Source of the DNA: Hyphochytrium catenoides
Taxonomy: Eukaryota; Protista; Hyphochytriomycota
DNA length: 47,050 nt
Reading direction: 5' to 3'
Assembly: GCA_900088475.1 (NCBI GenBank)
Contig: FLMG01003087.1
Coordinates: forward strand, 1-47,050
Of the stretch, positions 14,201-24,995 are shown piece after piece (position 1 is the first letter of the stretch; the number at the start of each line of letters is the position of its first letter). The notes below the pieces were generated by a model that worked only from the letters and a program-made list of their open reading frames with translations, did not search any database and was not told the DNA's origin. The position numbers and the translations under genes are program-made.

Positions 14201-15674
14201 AGCAAAGGTACCAGCACTTCTTACTGGACCGACCAGCTACACCAAGCGCTTTGTGTTGCTGCTAGGCCCAGGGTGCCCCTGCTTTCAACTAGCCACTCCC
14301 TGACGTTGCAAGGCCCTGTTACAATGACTTCTTCACTCAATAACCTTGCTTCCCTATCTCGGTACTTGTAAGGCCCTGTTACACTGACTTCTTCACTCAA
14401 TAACCTTGCTTCCCTATCTCGGTACTGTATCCCCAGGACTTTTACGTCCTGGATGGCTATGTGACCCAGCACGTCCGCATCCAGCAGGGGATAAGTAAGC
14501 TCTACCGACTCTTAGCCTTCTTTGAGCCAGACAATAAGAGGAGACTGGCGATGCACTCGAAGAGACTGACTACCCTCTCTCCCTATTTAAAGCTGCTGAG
14601 TAAGACGGTAGGTGGGGGTTTGTGGTGGTGGGGGAGAGTATTCCGGGACAAAGGACGAAAGACCTACTGTCATCATCGTAAGAATTACGTTTCTCCACGG
14701 GGATCCAGAGTCGTCGAAGGGAAGACGCCTTCCACATTAGAAATGTGTGGAAAGGAACATGGGTGGATGGGAGAAGAGGCATAGAAGCCAGCAGGGAGGA
14801 CTAGGAGAGAATTCGGGAACCTGCCAAGGGTCTACCTAATTTGCGTCAGCTAACAGACCTTTTTGCAGGCATATATGAACCTTCAGAAGGAGCTCTCGTA
14901 CGAGCTGGGAGAAGCGTACATCGAGCTTATGTCCATCAAGGAGGAACTGATCTCAGCCAAGGTGAGGACTCATAGAGGAAACGGCACGAAGGAGAAAAAG
15001 TTGCCTTTTGAGTAGCGAGAGGGCTCACATGCCTTCGAATGCTTCCTGGTGCTCACTCTTCTACGTCTCTTGTCCTTTCAGGCTAGTGCAGGTCAATTCA
15101 AAGCTGTAGACCTCCAGAAGTTCAATGGCTTTGTCTCTGATGGGATTGATCAGTTCAAGTACTTTCTCTCCCTCTACCAGAGCTCGGGCCCATCACTCTC
15201 GCCCGACCTCCAGACCTTCCAGCAGCAGGAGGAGGACGAGAAGCGTCTCATTCTTATGGCATACTTTCACATCGCACGACTCTACCATAAGTTCCTTTAC
15301 ATGGACACTTCACAGCAGATACGCTCCCTTAAAGAGAGGTGAGGAGATGTTAGACAGCCCCACTCCTTAATAGCGTTGCTTCTGCTGCACACGCTCGCCT
15401 GTCCCTTGACCTTACAAACTACATTTCTCTAGCACAGTCAGTAAGCCTGCCCTTGCCGTTGTCCTCTCTCCAATCTCTTCCTGAATCTAACCTTTGCTCT
15501 CTTCTCTGATTCCCCTTCACCTTCAGTACTGAGAGGTTCGAGGCTCTGGTAAAGTTTGCTCGGCGGCAGCTGGGACCTCAGGTGGAGGATATATTCAGTG
15601 AGATTAGACTTTGTGAGGAGATGGCAAAGATGCTCCCCGTGAAGATTGGTCAGCTGACCAAGGCAGCGAGATAA
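11204..15674 (+). CDS. KIFBP: KIF-binding protein (KBP/KIF1BP family), multi-exon
   Basis: Exons give DPETEPYRSKYEAR, LGKNLMETEE, DLLNQLAL, TMTQYYLIQ|VYMHLG, FDHARDLF..YTKAK|DFYVLDGYVTQHVRIQQGISKLYRLLAFFE...MHSKR, ELSYELGEAY, AYFHIARLYHK and EIRLCEEMAKMLPVKI, matching the KBP_C pattern. Confidence 0.92.
14306..14425. repeat. 60-bp tandem duplication inside a KIFBP intron
   Basis: 14306-14365 and 14366-14425 are identical except 14309 C / 14369 T and 14324 A / 14384 C. Confidence 0.95.
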
Positions 15675-15928
15675 CAGGGCCCTCGCCCGCACCTCTCTTC
15701 CAGTTCCCTTCTCTAGCTGTCTCTGTCTGCTGTCTGTATGTGAGGGTACCCTCCTGTTTGCGTACCTACTCTTTGGTATTGCTTTTCTGTCATTGAGACA
15801 GCTACCTGTCAGATGTCAGCCGAAGCTATGGCCCAACCAACAGAGTCATTCAGTCAAATCATCTACCACCTCCTGTTACTCTTGTACCATGGAGTTTCTC
15901 CCTTTTTTCCTGCTGCCGCAACAATTGT

Positions 15929-16606
15929 CTACTTATCCTGGACGACCTGGACGCCCATAGATAGAGCAGTTCCCATAATTTGCCGGGCAATAGGCAGGAC
16001 CTCCTGTCCCTTCATTGTAGGGCAAGTCGCTTTGACCTGAAGTAACGTATTAGACATCATCACAGTGGCAGGCAAACGATCGTTCTGGCTCCTTCTACTT
16101 GCTATTACTTCCTCCAGCCTTTGGAGCACGGCCCTTCCATAAGGTAGTCCACGCTAACAGCGTCCAAATCACAGTCCTCTTAGGCCGCTGCAGCTTACCT
16201 TTGCGATCTCATAGATATGTTTAGCGGTGATCTTTCCTGCTCTCTGCGTTCCGGGGGCGTTTGCTCCCTTGTCAATGCCTGCGGCTCGTTTAACAAACCA
16301 AGAGGCCGACGGAGTCTTGATCTCGAAGTCAAAGGTTCTGTTTGCATATGCCGTCAAAGTAACGTTTAGAGGCACTTCTTCGACGTAATGTTTAGTCTTG
16401 TCATTAAATTGTTTGCAGAACTCCATCATGTTCACTCCCAGGGGACCAAGGGCCTGAAGACAACATGGCGTGTTTAGTCAGTAGAGTGCACCCTCTCAAT
16501 GGCTTGTCTATTGAAAGCATCTGACCTGGCCAATCGCTGGGGAAGGTGCAGCTTTTCCAGCCGCCACTCTTAGCCTTGCAACACCTTTGATTGTCTGAGT
16601 CGCCAT
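15929..16606 (-). CDS. MRPL11: Mitochondrial ribosomal protein uL11m, 3 exons
   Basis: MATQTIKGVARLRVAAGKAAPSPAIGQ|ALGPLGVNMMEFCKQFNDKT...FEIKTPSASWFVKRAAG...KHIYEIAK|VK...RQIMGTALSMGVQVV: canonical L11 motifs. Confidence 0.95.
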
Positions 16607-16789
16607 CTCGCCACTGTCGATGAAGCTCTAGTATCTCAACCTCGCAGTACAGAGCCCAACAACTGAGCGGAGAAATGCAATAATCTCTCAAATGGCAGGC
16701 ATCAATCTGCTGACCAGAAAGCTGCAAAATAACAGAGCGCCGGATCTCCATTGACCATTCCTCACAACAGATAGCCACAAAAAGAGATG

Positions 16790-16935
16790 TAAAATATACA
16801 CAATACAGTTGACAACTTTGTCAAAATTGTCCACATTGGTTAATTTTTCGTATTGTTATATTTGACACAGCTGTGTATATTTGTCCTAGCGTAAAGTATG
16901 GCATGTCAAATCCGTCCAAACTTCGTCAAGACTTA
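16790..16935. promoter_or_regulatory. AT-rich core of the bidirectional uL11m/methyltransferase promoter, with clustered TTGAC/TTGTC/GTCCA motifs
   Basis: About 480-bp head-to-head intergenic region. It contains the palindrome TTGACAActTTGTCAA, further TTGAC, TTGTCC, TGTCAA, GTCCA and GTCAA copies, and an ATTGG (CCAAT). Function is inferred. Confidence 0.4.
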
Positions 16936-17087
16936 GCTGCCATCAGCCAAAAGGCAATGGTCGGTACTTCCAGGCGGGCGGCGGAGGAGCGAGAGACCCA
17001 AGAACCGCGGAAGAAGAAAGGGTGAAGGAAAGAGGCCAGCGGTCCCCGCTTCTCTAGCTCAAATAGTGAAGCGGGGTTAAGGTGAAG

Positions 17088-18400
17088 ATGGCCGGTGAAG
17101 GTGCTGATAACGAGGCCAAGAAGGGTGAGAGCTTTGAGAACCCGCGGTACTGGGAGGACGAGTTCTACACTGACGTAGATTGCCTCTATGACTGGTATAG
17201 CACCGATGACTGGCTGTCCGAGACATTGGCCACGTCAGTCGTGGATCAAATACGAAGCCTTAGAGGTGAACAGGTCGATATAGGAACCCTTCGAGTTCTA
17301 GACGTAGGCTGTGGGACCTGTCCTCTACTCTTCCGTCTGGCCAGTTCTTATGGCTTCAAGCACTTGGTGGGTATTGATTTTGCGGAGACAGCGGTCCAGA
17401 TTTGCCAAGAGGCAGTCAAGAGGAAGCAACAGAAAGAGCGAGAAGTATTGATTGGAGAATCATCACAAGGGGGCACGGTGATGGGAGGATCTTTGGACCA
17501 AGAGGAGGCGCAAGAGAATGAGGAGGAAGAAGCTGAGGAAGAAGAAGATGACATAGGGGAGATTCCTGAGGACTCCAGTATCTCCTTCCACACCATGGAC
17601 GCTTGTCAGCTTCCGAACCACTTCTCTGAGGGCTCCTTTGACATTATTGTTGACAAAGGATGCCTCGACTGCTTTGTTTCCGGAGAAGGAGAGAAGAAGA
17701 TTGCAGCTTATCTCGATGCGGTCTCTTTCTCTCTTTCAAAAAAAGGCGGTATCTTCGTCCTCATCCCTGTGAACGGAGCTGATATTCCCCACTTGCTAAA
17801 GACTCTACAAATAAAGGTGAGGCGTCCGCTGTTAGTGGAGCTAAAGACCACAAGCCAAGGTGGAAACGACATAGAAAGAGGGTGTCTGATCTCATCTATA
17901 AAGAACACAAGGAGTCTGAGACGTCACCATGTAGAGAAAGACGGAGTGGGCGAAGTGAATAAAGAGAGACAGAGAGAGAAACTGCGTGTTGCGGCGAGGA
18001 ACAAAGTTGGAAAAAGAGGTGCAGAAAGAACTCTGAAGGGAGAAAGACAGAGACAAAGCTGAGACAAAGCTGGGTGCACGGATTGCTAACAGCTTGTATA
18101 TAGGTTGACAGCAACGCCAATCATCGGGCGGCTCGGAACCCAAAACGCACTTCTCAGTGGGAGCAGACGAAGCAGTTAGAAGGCATTGAGAGGCAAAGCT
18201 ATCAGCAGACACTATTCCTTTCGCAAGTGATTGCCAGAGAAGAGAAGCATATCTTCCTCCTGACGAAGAGGCCACTGCCTTCAAATGAGGAACTGCTAAT
18301 CTTCTGCGGAGTGTGCGGAACCTCCTTTCCATATCCAGAAGGCACACCACAGCTGTGTAATGTGTGCAGCAATCGCATGCAGAGGTTCGCCCTGTCATGA
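17088..18400 (+). CDS. Class I SAM-dependent lysine methyltransferase (EEF1AKMT4 / METTL13-N-like) with a C-terminal CxxC-CxxC Zn ribbon, 2 exons
   Basis: YWEDEFY..YDWY, motif I VLDVGCG, post-I GIDFA, MDA, FDIIVDKGCLD. Intron 17817 to about 18103 (gtgagg...tatatag). Exon 2 ends FCGVCGTSFPYPEGTPQLCNVCSNRMQRFALS*. Confidence 0.85.
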
Positions 18401-18512
18401 GCAGTATATGCCAAAGACTTATTTTGAAACAGGAACATCTAACATCTGAGTCTGGGTAATAAGACAGAGCACGGAAGTGGTCAGAGGNTCGCTACTTAGC
18501 TCTCGCAAGTCG

Positions 18513-21500
18513 CTAAAAGTTCATTGAAGAGATCGGAGTCATATATCGGGAGGTCCTGTTTTTCACGAGGAGCGTATGCCTGGGTAGCACGACGAGACTA
18601 GCCAAGAAAGCTCCAATGGCTAAGTGAAATGCCAAGTATATCACGTTCATTACCAGCTTCAGCCCTTCCTCAAACAGTTCGCTTTTCTGAAGCTGTGACG
18701 TTGCATGCAAAGCCATAGTTCCCGGTACGAGCACGGTGATCCCTGCTATAAGAGAGATGACAGCTGGCTTCCCCGTCCATCTGTTGTAAATATTAGCCAC
18801 CAGCCCGACACAGAAGGCGGCAAAAGCAGAAGCGATGTTTGTCCCTAGCTGCGGCCGTGTGTAGGTGCTGACAAGATATCCCACAGTGGCCACAAAGGTC
18901 ATAAATGGAAGTTGCCGCCAGTGAGCTCTGAAGTAAATAGAGAAAGCGATAGAAGAGAGAGGGAACCAGAGGAAGGTCCAGTATCGAGGGATGGGATCTG
19001 TGCAAGTGCCGGCTAAATAGTCTGCCAGAGTTGGTTGTGAAAGGATGTACGAGGCCGCATCAGATCCCATTTGCTGCACATTGAGGGGATAACAGGGGTC
19101 AGAAGGATGAACCACGATGAAGAAGGCAACTTTCGGAGTCGGAGATGGCAGCAGCGTACACAAGCTCCAGAAAATGGAACGATAGAACAGGATACAAGTC
19201 CATCAAATACTACCAGCCAGAGCATGGAGCGAAGGCGGGCCCATGCGGACGTCCTAGGTTGCGCATTCAGATGTTGAGATTCAGATGTTGAGAAAGAGTG
19301 ACTGGAAGCTGTGGGGTTCAAAGTAGAGGACTGTAATGAAGAAAAGAGAGGTTATGCTGTGAGACTCACCAGTCCCACGCCTAACAAAACTGTGATAGTG
19401 ATTCCATAGAACAGCCTCACAGTTCCAGCAAGAATATTGCGGGTCACCAACTCTACCATTGAAAGAGTGATGGTGACTCCCATTACCAAAGTGATGACGG
19501 CGCCATATTGGACTGCTCGATAGCATAAAGGGACAATCTCATGGTTGATGATCACGGAGAAAAACCCTACGACGAACGCCGCTATGACCTAGGTTTCGGC
19601 GAAGAGGAAAGCAAACAGAAGGAGGGAGACAGAGTGGGACGAAGATAATCAAATGTTAGTGAGACTGAGAGCAAGAAATTCTCAAGAGAAAGTAAGGCAG
19701 ACGTCGTAGCAAGTGCCGGCCGAAGCCTTCGAAAGCGAGCATCACCAGATCAATAACTCGAGCGATAGAGCACTACATGGTACCAGATCTAGTCTAAGTG
19801 TAAACTTAAAGCATCCGGAAGTGTCACAAGCGACAGAAAGAAGGTCTCACTTACAGGATACACTCTTAAGAATTGTGGGTTAGTGGAGAACCAGGAGAGA
19901 AATCCAACGATGGTGCCGAGAACAAAAGCCGAGGCTACGTCTGCCCAGGAGCCTGCAAAGAAGGCAGTCGAAGCGGACCCGCTAGCAAGACCCAATGACA
20001 AGGCTTCGACCCAGAAAGGGTAAAGATTCTTTGCCTTCATCACTTCATTTAGACGTCGGCTTGCATCACCGACGGCAATTTGTAGGAAAGCCTTCGTATA
20101 TTCCTCAACCTTGGGATCTCTTTTGTGAGGTGAATGCGTGATAGCAGTGACCGCCAAACGCATTGATGAGGTAAGACGGGAGAGAAAAGCGAGAGGAAGG
20201 AAGGTGAGATGGACGGATCTCCCTTTCCTCGGCTTTCTATCACCTCACCACCTGCCGACAATCCATTTGCAGCTTCAATTCTCTCTCTTCCGATTGGTAT
20301 TAAGTAACAGCCTTGCTCTAGAGCTAGAGTAAGTTTCCTCTCAGACAAGGTTCACCGCTACTCTATAAACTTACCCTTGGAGCATTGAGAGATGGTTGAA
20401 GAAACCAGGACCATTTGCAGCCAGGTATAGGACTCTTGATTTTAGCTTTTTTATGCGTTCCCAGGCAGAGCTCGCGAGCTGACGCTTGGGCTCAGATGTC
20501 AAGCGAGAAATGGACGGAAGAGGATTTGATATTGACGAGGGTGAGGAAGTAGGAGCTTGATGAGACTGTGACTTCAAGGACCTTTTGCTTCCTTTCTCAG
20601 AGACATCTTCGTCTGGAAAGATGTCTCGCAAAAATCGTGGTCGGCTAGAGACGGGACTATGAGGATCCGATAAGAGAGTGAGGTCATCGCTCGGGAGGCC
20701 AAGGTCCTCGCAGGTCTCTGAGGAAGGAATGCAAGAGAAGGGCATTAGTTAACTTTCTTTCAAGTCTGCAAACCTATCTGACAGAGGAGAAGATTGTTCA
20801 CCTACTAGCGGCAGTTCCTGCCACGGTCAGCGCTTTGTTAAATGTTACGACATAGAATTAAAGGCTTACAAGTGCCCCAAACCACCTCCACGCGGGAGAC
20901 TACAATACAGAGACGGAGCTAGATAAGGAAAAGAGAGACAGAGAGAGAGAGTAAGAGAGAAATAGAGAGAGACAGATACGCAGACAGAGAGACAGAACAA
21001 GAATGACAGACAGAGAGACATAACAAGAATGATGGGGAGGCTAGTCGCTGAAGTAATAGACACTCACCTGGATCAAAGGGGTTAATGCTGCCATAAGAGG
21101 CTATCTTCCTCGCAATCTCATCCACCAGCTCGAGCCTGTGCATGTCATAGCCCGAACGGCACTCGAAGTATAAGATCTTGGACACTGGCGCCAAGTAGGA
21201 GCATGGGGAGTCTCGCGCGAAGGTTATCATGACGTGGTCTGGATGGATGCCAACTGAGGCCACATTGAGCCCAATACCTATTGAGAAATTCCCGCGAAGG
21301 AGAACATTCGTGAGGACAACGAAGAGGAAGCGCTAACCCAGCAGATGCGCAAGAGAAAGCTTAAGGATGAAGAGAAACCTCCAAATTGGCAGCCTGTTTA
21401 CCCTGAGAAGGACCTCAGCAATAACCTTCCCTCCCTAGCCTCGTTATACATGTTTCCCTCTTTTATCTCTTGCTTCCAGCGACAGTTAATGTTTGACTGT

Positions 21501-22435
21501 ATTCCTTGTCAATCTACCTCCCACGTCTCCTCAGCCCTTTAGCCACCAGACGATGAGACGATGACTTACCTTTACAGATGTGGACCATGTGATATTCAAG
21601 CTTGTGCGTGGGACAGCCGTACTCCCTAAGACATTTGCAGATTGACATTATGAAGTCCTCAACCATCCGGCCCAGCTCCTCCTTTGAGAGAAATTTGGCA
21701 CCAGACAGTCCTTCCGCAATGCTGTGCACTACTGCTAGCGTATGCTGGCTGCTTGCGATGGTTCTATCGCTCGGCTGTGGAGAGGGAGGCTCTGCCGGGA
21801 GAGCCAAGTAAGGATGAGAAGGAGGCCTGGTTAGAGAAGTTGTATCGTTCACTCCTTCTTCGGCCCCGATCTCATTCTCCTCCGCGACCCGTTTCTACTT
21901 GGGTCTTGCTTACCTTTTGCCTGTTTCGGGCTGTGTACCTCCCCGTGAGGGAGACTATTTACTGTGTGTACGATCTTCTCAAGCAAATGAGTCATACATT
22001 GGTGGTGCTCCTGCATATCTTCTTTATCCACGGTANNNNNNNNNNNNNNNNNNNNNNNNNNNNNNNNNNNNNNNNNNNNNNNNNNNCACCTGATCATCGG
22101 TACTGGCCCCTGCGCGATGATGCCCGTCCTCCAATTTTCCGAGGTCTGCAGAGTCTTCACCAGCATGGGGCTTTGGCTGTTCTGCGGTGGGTGCGTGTAG
22201 CTCTACGGCAGGGATCTTCTCCTGTCCAGGCATCGCCATTGTGAATTGTTCTTGGGAAGCAGCTTGTCCTTTCTGTCCTTGAAGGCGAGCAGCAGAGCAC
22301 TATGTAGACTAATGTGAGGAAGACAGGTCCCGGACTGAGCTCTACTAGGGCCTTCATATATGCATCCAGAGAATCTGCAGACACACAGCTGTTCGACGAT
22401 AACGGGCGCAGATCGGCTCCGTCAGCGGCACCCAT
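18513..22435 (-). CDS. ThrE/DUF1212 threonine-serine exporter family membrane protein (Prm10-like), multi-exon, spans an N-gap, 5' end uncertain
   Basis: FIMSICKCLREYGCPTHKLEYHM, YDMHRLELVDEIARKI, LYPFWVEALSLGLASGSASTAFFAGSWAD, TLSMVELVTRNILAGTVRLFYG, and a ThrE_2 half FCVGLVANIYNRWTGKPAVISLIAGITVLVPG. About 10 TM helices. Confidence 0.88.
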
Positions 22436-22524
22436 CGAGCAGAGTTTGGGCACAGAGAGACATCAACCGAGAAGGGGGAAAGGGGAAAACGATAGGCGAG
22501 GCATGGACTGACAGGCAGGAAGAG

Positions 22525-22551
22525 AGTCAGTGAGAGGAAGAGAGAGGGGAG

Positions 22552-22600
<49 letters not shown>

Positions 22601-22632
22601 GAAAGGGAAGGAGGAGAGAGAGAGAGAGAGAA
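22525..22632. repeat. (GA)n microsatellite upstream of the ThrE gene
   Basis: Directly visible. Confidence 0.95.
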
Positions 22633-23158
22633 GGTTGACACAAGGAGGAGGAGGGAAAGAGAGAAAGGGAAAGGATGCCATCATGTGCATTCTTATCCCG
22701 CATCCCTTATATTCTCCGCCAAGCTTTGATGTGCTACTGGTATTCGCCCTACTTGGTTGCTTCCTCTTCCTAAACATGCACCGCCTGCCCATCAACCCGT
22801 GATGGCCCTTCTGAAACCTTTCAGTCTTGTACCTTTTGATGTGACCAATAATACGACCCCCTCTCTAACATTATCTACCGCATCACGTAGTAGTAGTATA
22901 CCTTAAGGGTCAACTTAACCCGAATGTATGCCGCTGTTATTCTGGATGAAGCAACCCCGTGCCAATCACGAAAGGTGGCGGCGCTAGTCTTCTCATTCTT
23001 TCTCACTCGCCACCCGCGCGCCAGACTCCTCCGTCTCCTCCGCTTGGCGGCTTTTAAGGCGAAAGCAAGAGATCTCAGTGCCAGTCTCTCCCCTTTAGGC
23101 ACAGATATCGCACGCTGATGTTCCATACTCAAAAGAGAAGCGCGAACGCCGTCAGAGA

Positions 23159-23854
23159 ATGCAGTCCATTGATGAGGGAGAGGCCAAGAAGGCTGAAGGA
23201 CAGGAGGCGCCCGTGCCGAGACAAAGGACGTTAAGGCGACTGTACAATTTTGGCGCAGCCTCCAAGCGTGATGACATTGTGCATGGTGCGGAGAGGCCAG
23301 NNNNNNNNNNNNNNNNNNNNNNNNNNNNNNNNNNNNNNNNNNNAAGGGGAAAGTGGCTCAAGCAGACTTCTCAGCCTCCAATGCTGTGCAGCAGATCCTT
23401 GGACCCCTGACGGAGGCAGAGGAAGCAAAGGAGCCTATAGTGGTCCACTGCTCGACGGTAGGTACGCTAAGCGCATGAGTGACTTAGCCATCCTAATGGG
23501 AAATGCTTGGCTCCCTTGGAAGGTGATAAGGTCTGATTTCTCCCCAACGTCCTCCAACTAGGGCCAAGGGCGTACAGGACTTGTACTCGCTCTGTGGCTG
23601 CATCACCGCTACATTATGCCAGCTGATGCTGCGGTAGTTGAGGTGGTGCAGCATAGTCGAGGTAAGATCTTAATCGTTGTTCGGTTTGACTTTTCTTTGG
23701 CTCTTCTTACGTCCTCTTCTCTCGCTAATGGACAGATACCGGAGCAACCCGCAAGCCTACCGTAGAAAGTCTCCTTAGACTATTAGCAGGGCCCACTCAG
23801 CCTTTCTGGGGAGGAAGCGGTCTCATAGGTAACCGGAAGGCTACAAGCTTGTGA
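23159..23854 (+). CDS. Small dual-specificity / protein-tyrosine phosphatase, interrupted by an N-gap
   Basis: Spliced P-loop PIVVHCST|GQGRTGLVLALWL (HCxxGxGRT), N-terminal YNFGAASKRDDIVHGAERP, last exon DTGATRKP...*. Introns gtaggt...tag and gtaaga...cag. Confidence 0.82.
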
Positions 23855-24006
23855 GCCCCCGTCGTCCATTGACTTTTCACTTCCACCGCCACTCCACCTC
23901 CCTCAATCTTCTTCCTTCACAGCCTGGACCATACCCCTTGCTTCTCTTATCAGCACTCTCTTAACTTCCAGCACCATTTGGCTCGCTATACACATTATAT
24001 TCCGAA

Positions 24007-24772
24007 ATGCTAGGACTTCTATCGTCTCACCTGCGACTGGATGTACTAATGGCTCCATTGATAGGCACACCAAGGCTCATTAATAATCTGGACATCACTT
24101 TCGTCCAGATGGGAGGGACTATTGACAAGGACTATCCAAAGGCCGTTAATGGCTGGGGCTTTGAGATAGGCGAAGCCGCCGTAGGACGCGTCCTTGAGAA
24201 AGTGCCGAAGAATTTCACCTTCTCCTGCCTCCCAGTCTGTCGGAAGGACAGCCAGCACATCACCCAGGAAGACAGAGATGCACTGGTCGAGAAGCTGGTA
24301 AAGGTGAGACCTAAGGCCTGCCGCTGTCTGGACAAGGAGGGGCCACATCAAGGGGACTTCTCCTGTGTCTGCTTATACCTGCTGCACTCAAATCTACTAT
24401 CTAGGCTGCCTCTTCCAAGATTATAGTAACGCACGGGACCGACACTTTGATAGACACTGCACAGTTCGTAGGCAAATCAGAAGTAAGACGCGAGGGCCCC
24501 TCGTCTCTGCCAAGTGTCGCTTCTACAGTGTTCGTAGCTTAACAGTTGTCTCTCGGGTATAAATGCAGGTGGCTCGCACCAAGACCGTTATCTTCACGGG
24601 CGCCACCCGGCCGCAGAAGATGATAGATTCTGATGCCGATTTTAACCTTGGAGTGGCCGTTGGAGCCATCAACCTTCTGGGGTCAGGCTCCTACATCTGT
24701 ATGAACGGGCGAGTGATAGACAATCTAAGGTGTAGGAGAGACGGGAAAACGGGTTTGTTCATAGAAGTATAG
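24007..24772 (+). CDS. Short-chain (N-domain-only) class 1 L-asparaginase, 3 exons; start may be ATG 24049
   Basis: Catalytic motifs MGGTIDKDY, KDS, IIVTHGTDTLIDTA, TVIFTGA, SDADFNLGVA, YICMNGRV. About 170 aa, no C-terminal domain. Confidence 0.92.
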
Positions 24773-24995
24773 ATCAAGCTGATGAACGGCGCTAAGCCAG
24801 CGTGACTTTTATTGTGGCAGGTGCCCTTTGGAGAGCGCTGATAAAATAGTGTGTCAGCCTATAATGTACAGACAGAGGCTCGTGACTGACGCTGGTGACG
24901 CTCTCGCTTTAGCTCCGTGCCGTTACACAGCGGAGAAAGAGAGTGCGCTGAGGACGAAGACCAGAAGATTACCGAGTTCTCTTTCTCTAGCACTT

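Noticed and set aside
14306-14425. CRISPR-like repeat
   Set aside because: Two adjacent copies without spacers inside a spliceosomal intron, and no cas genes.
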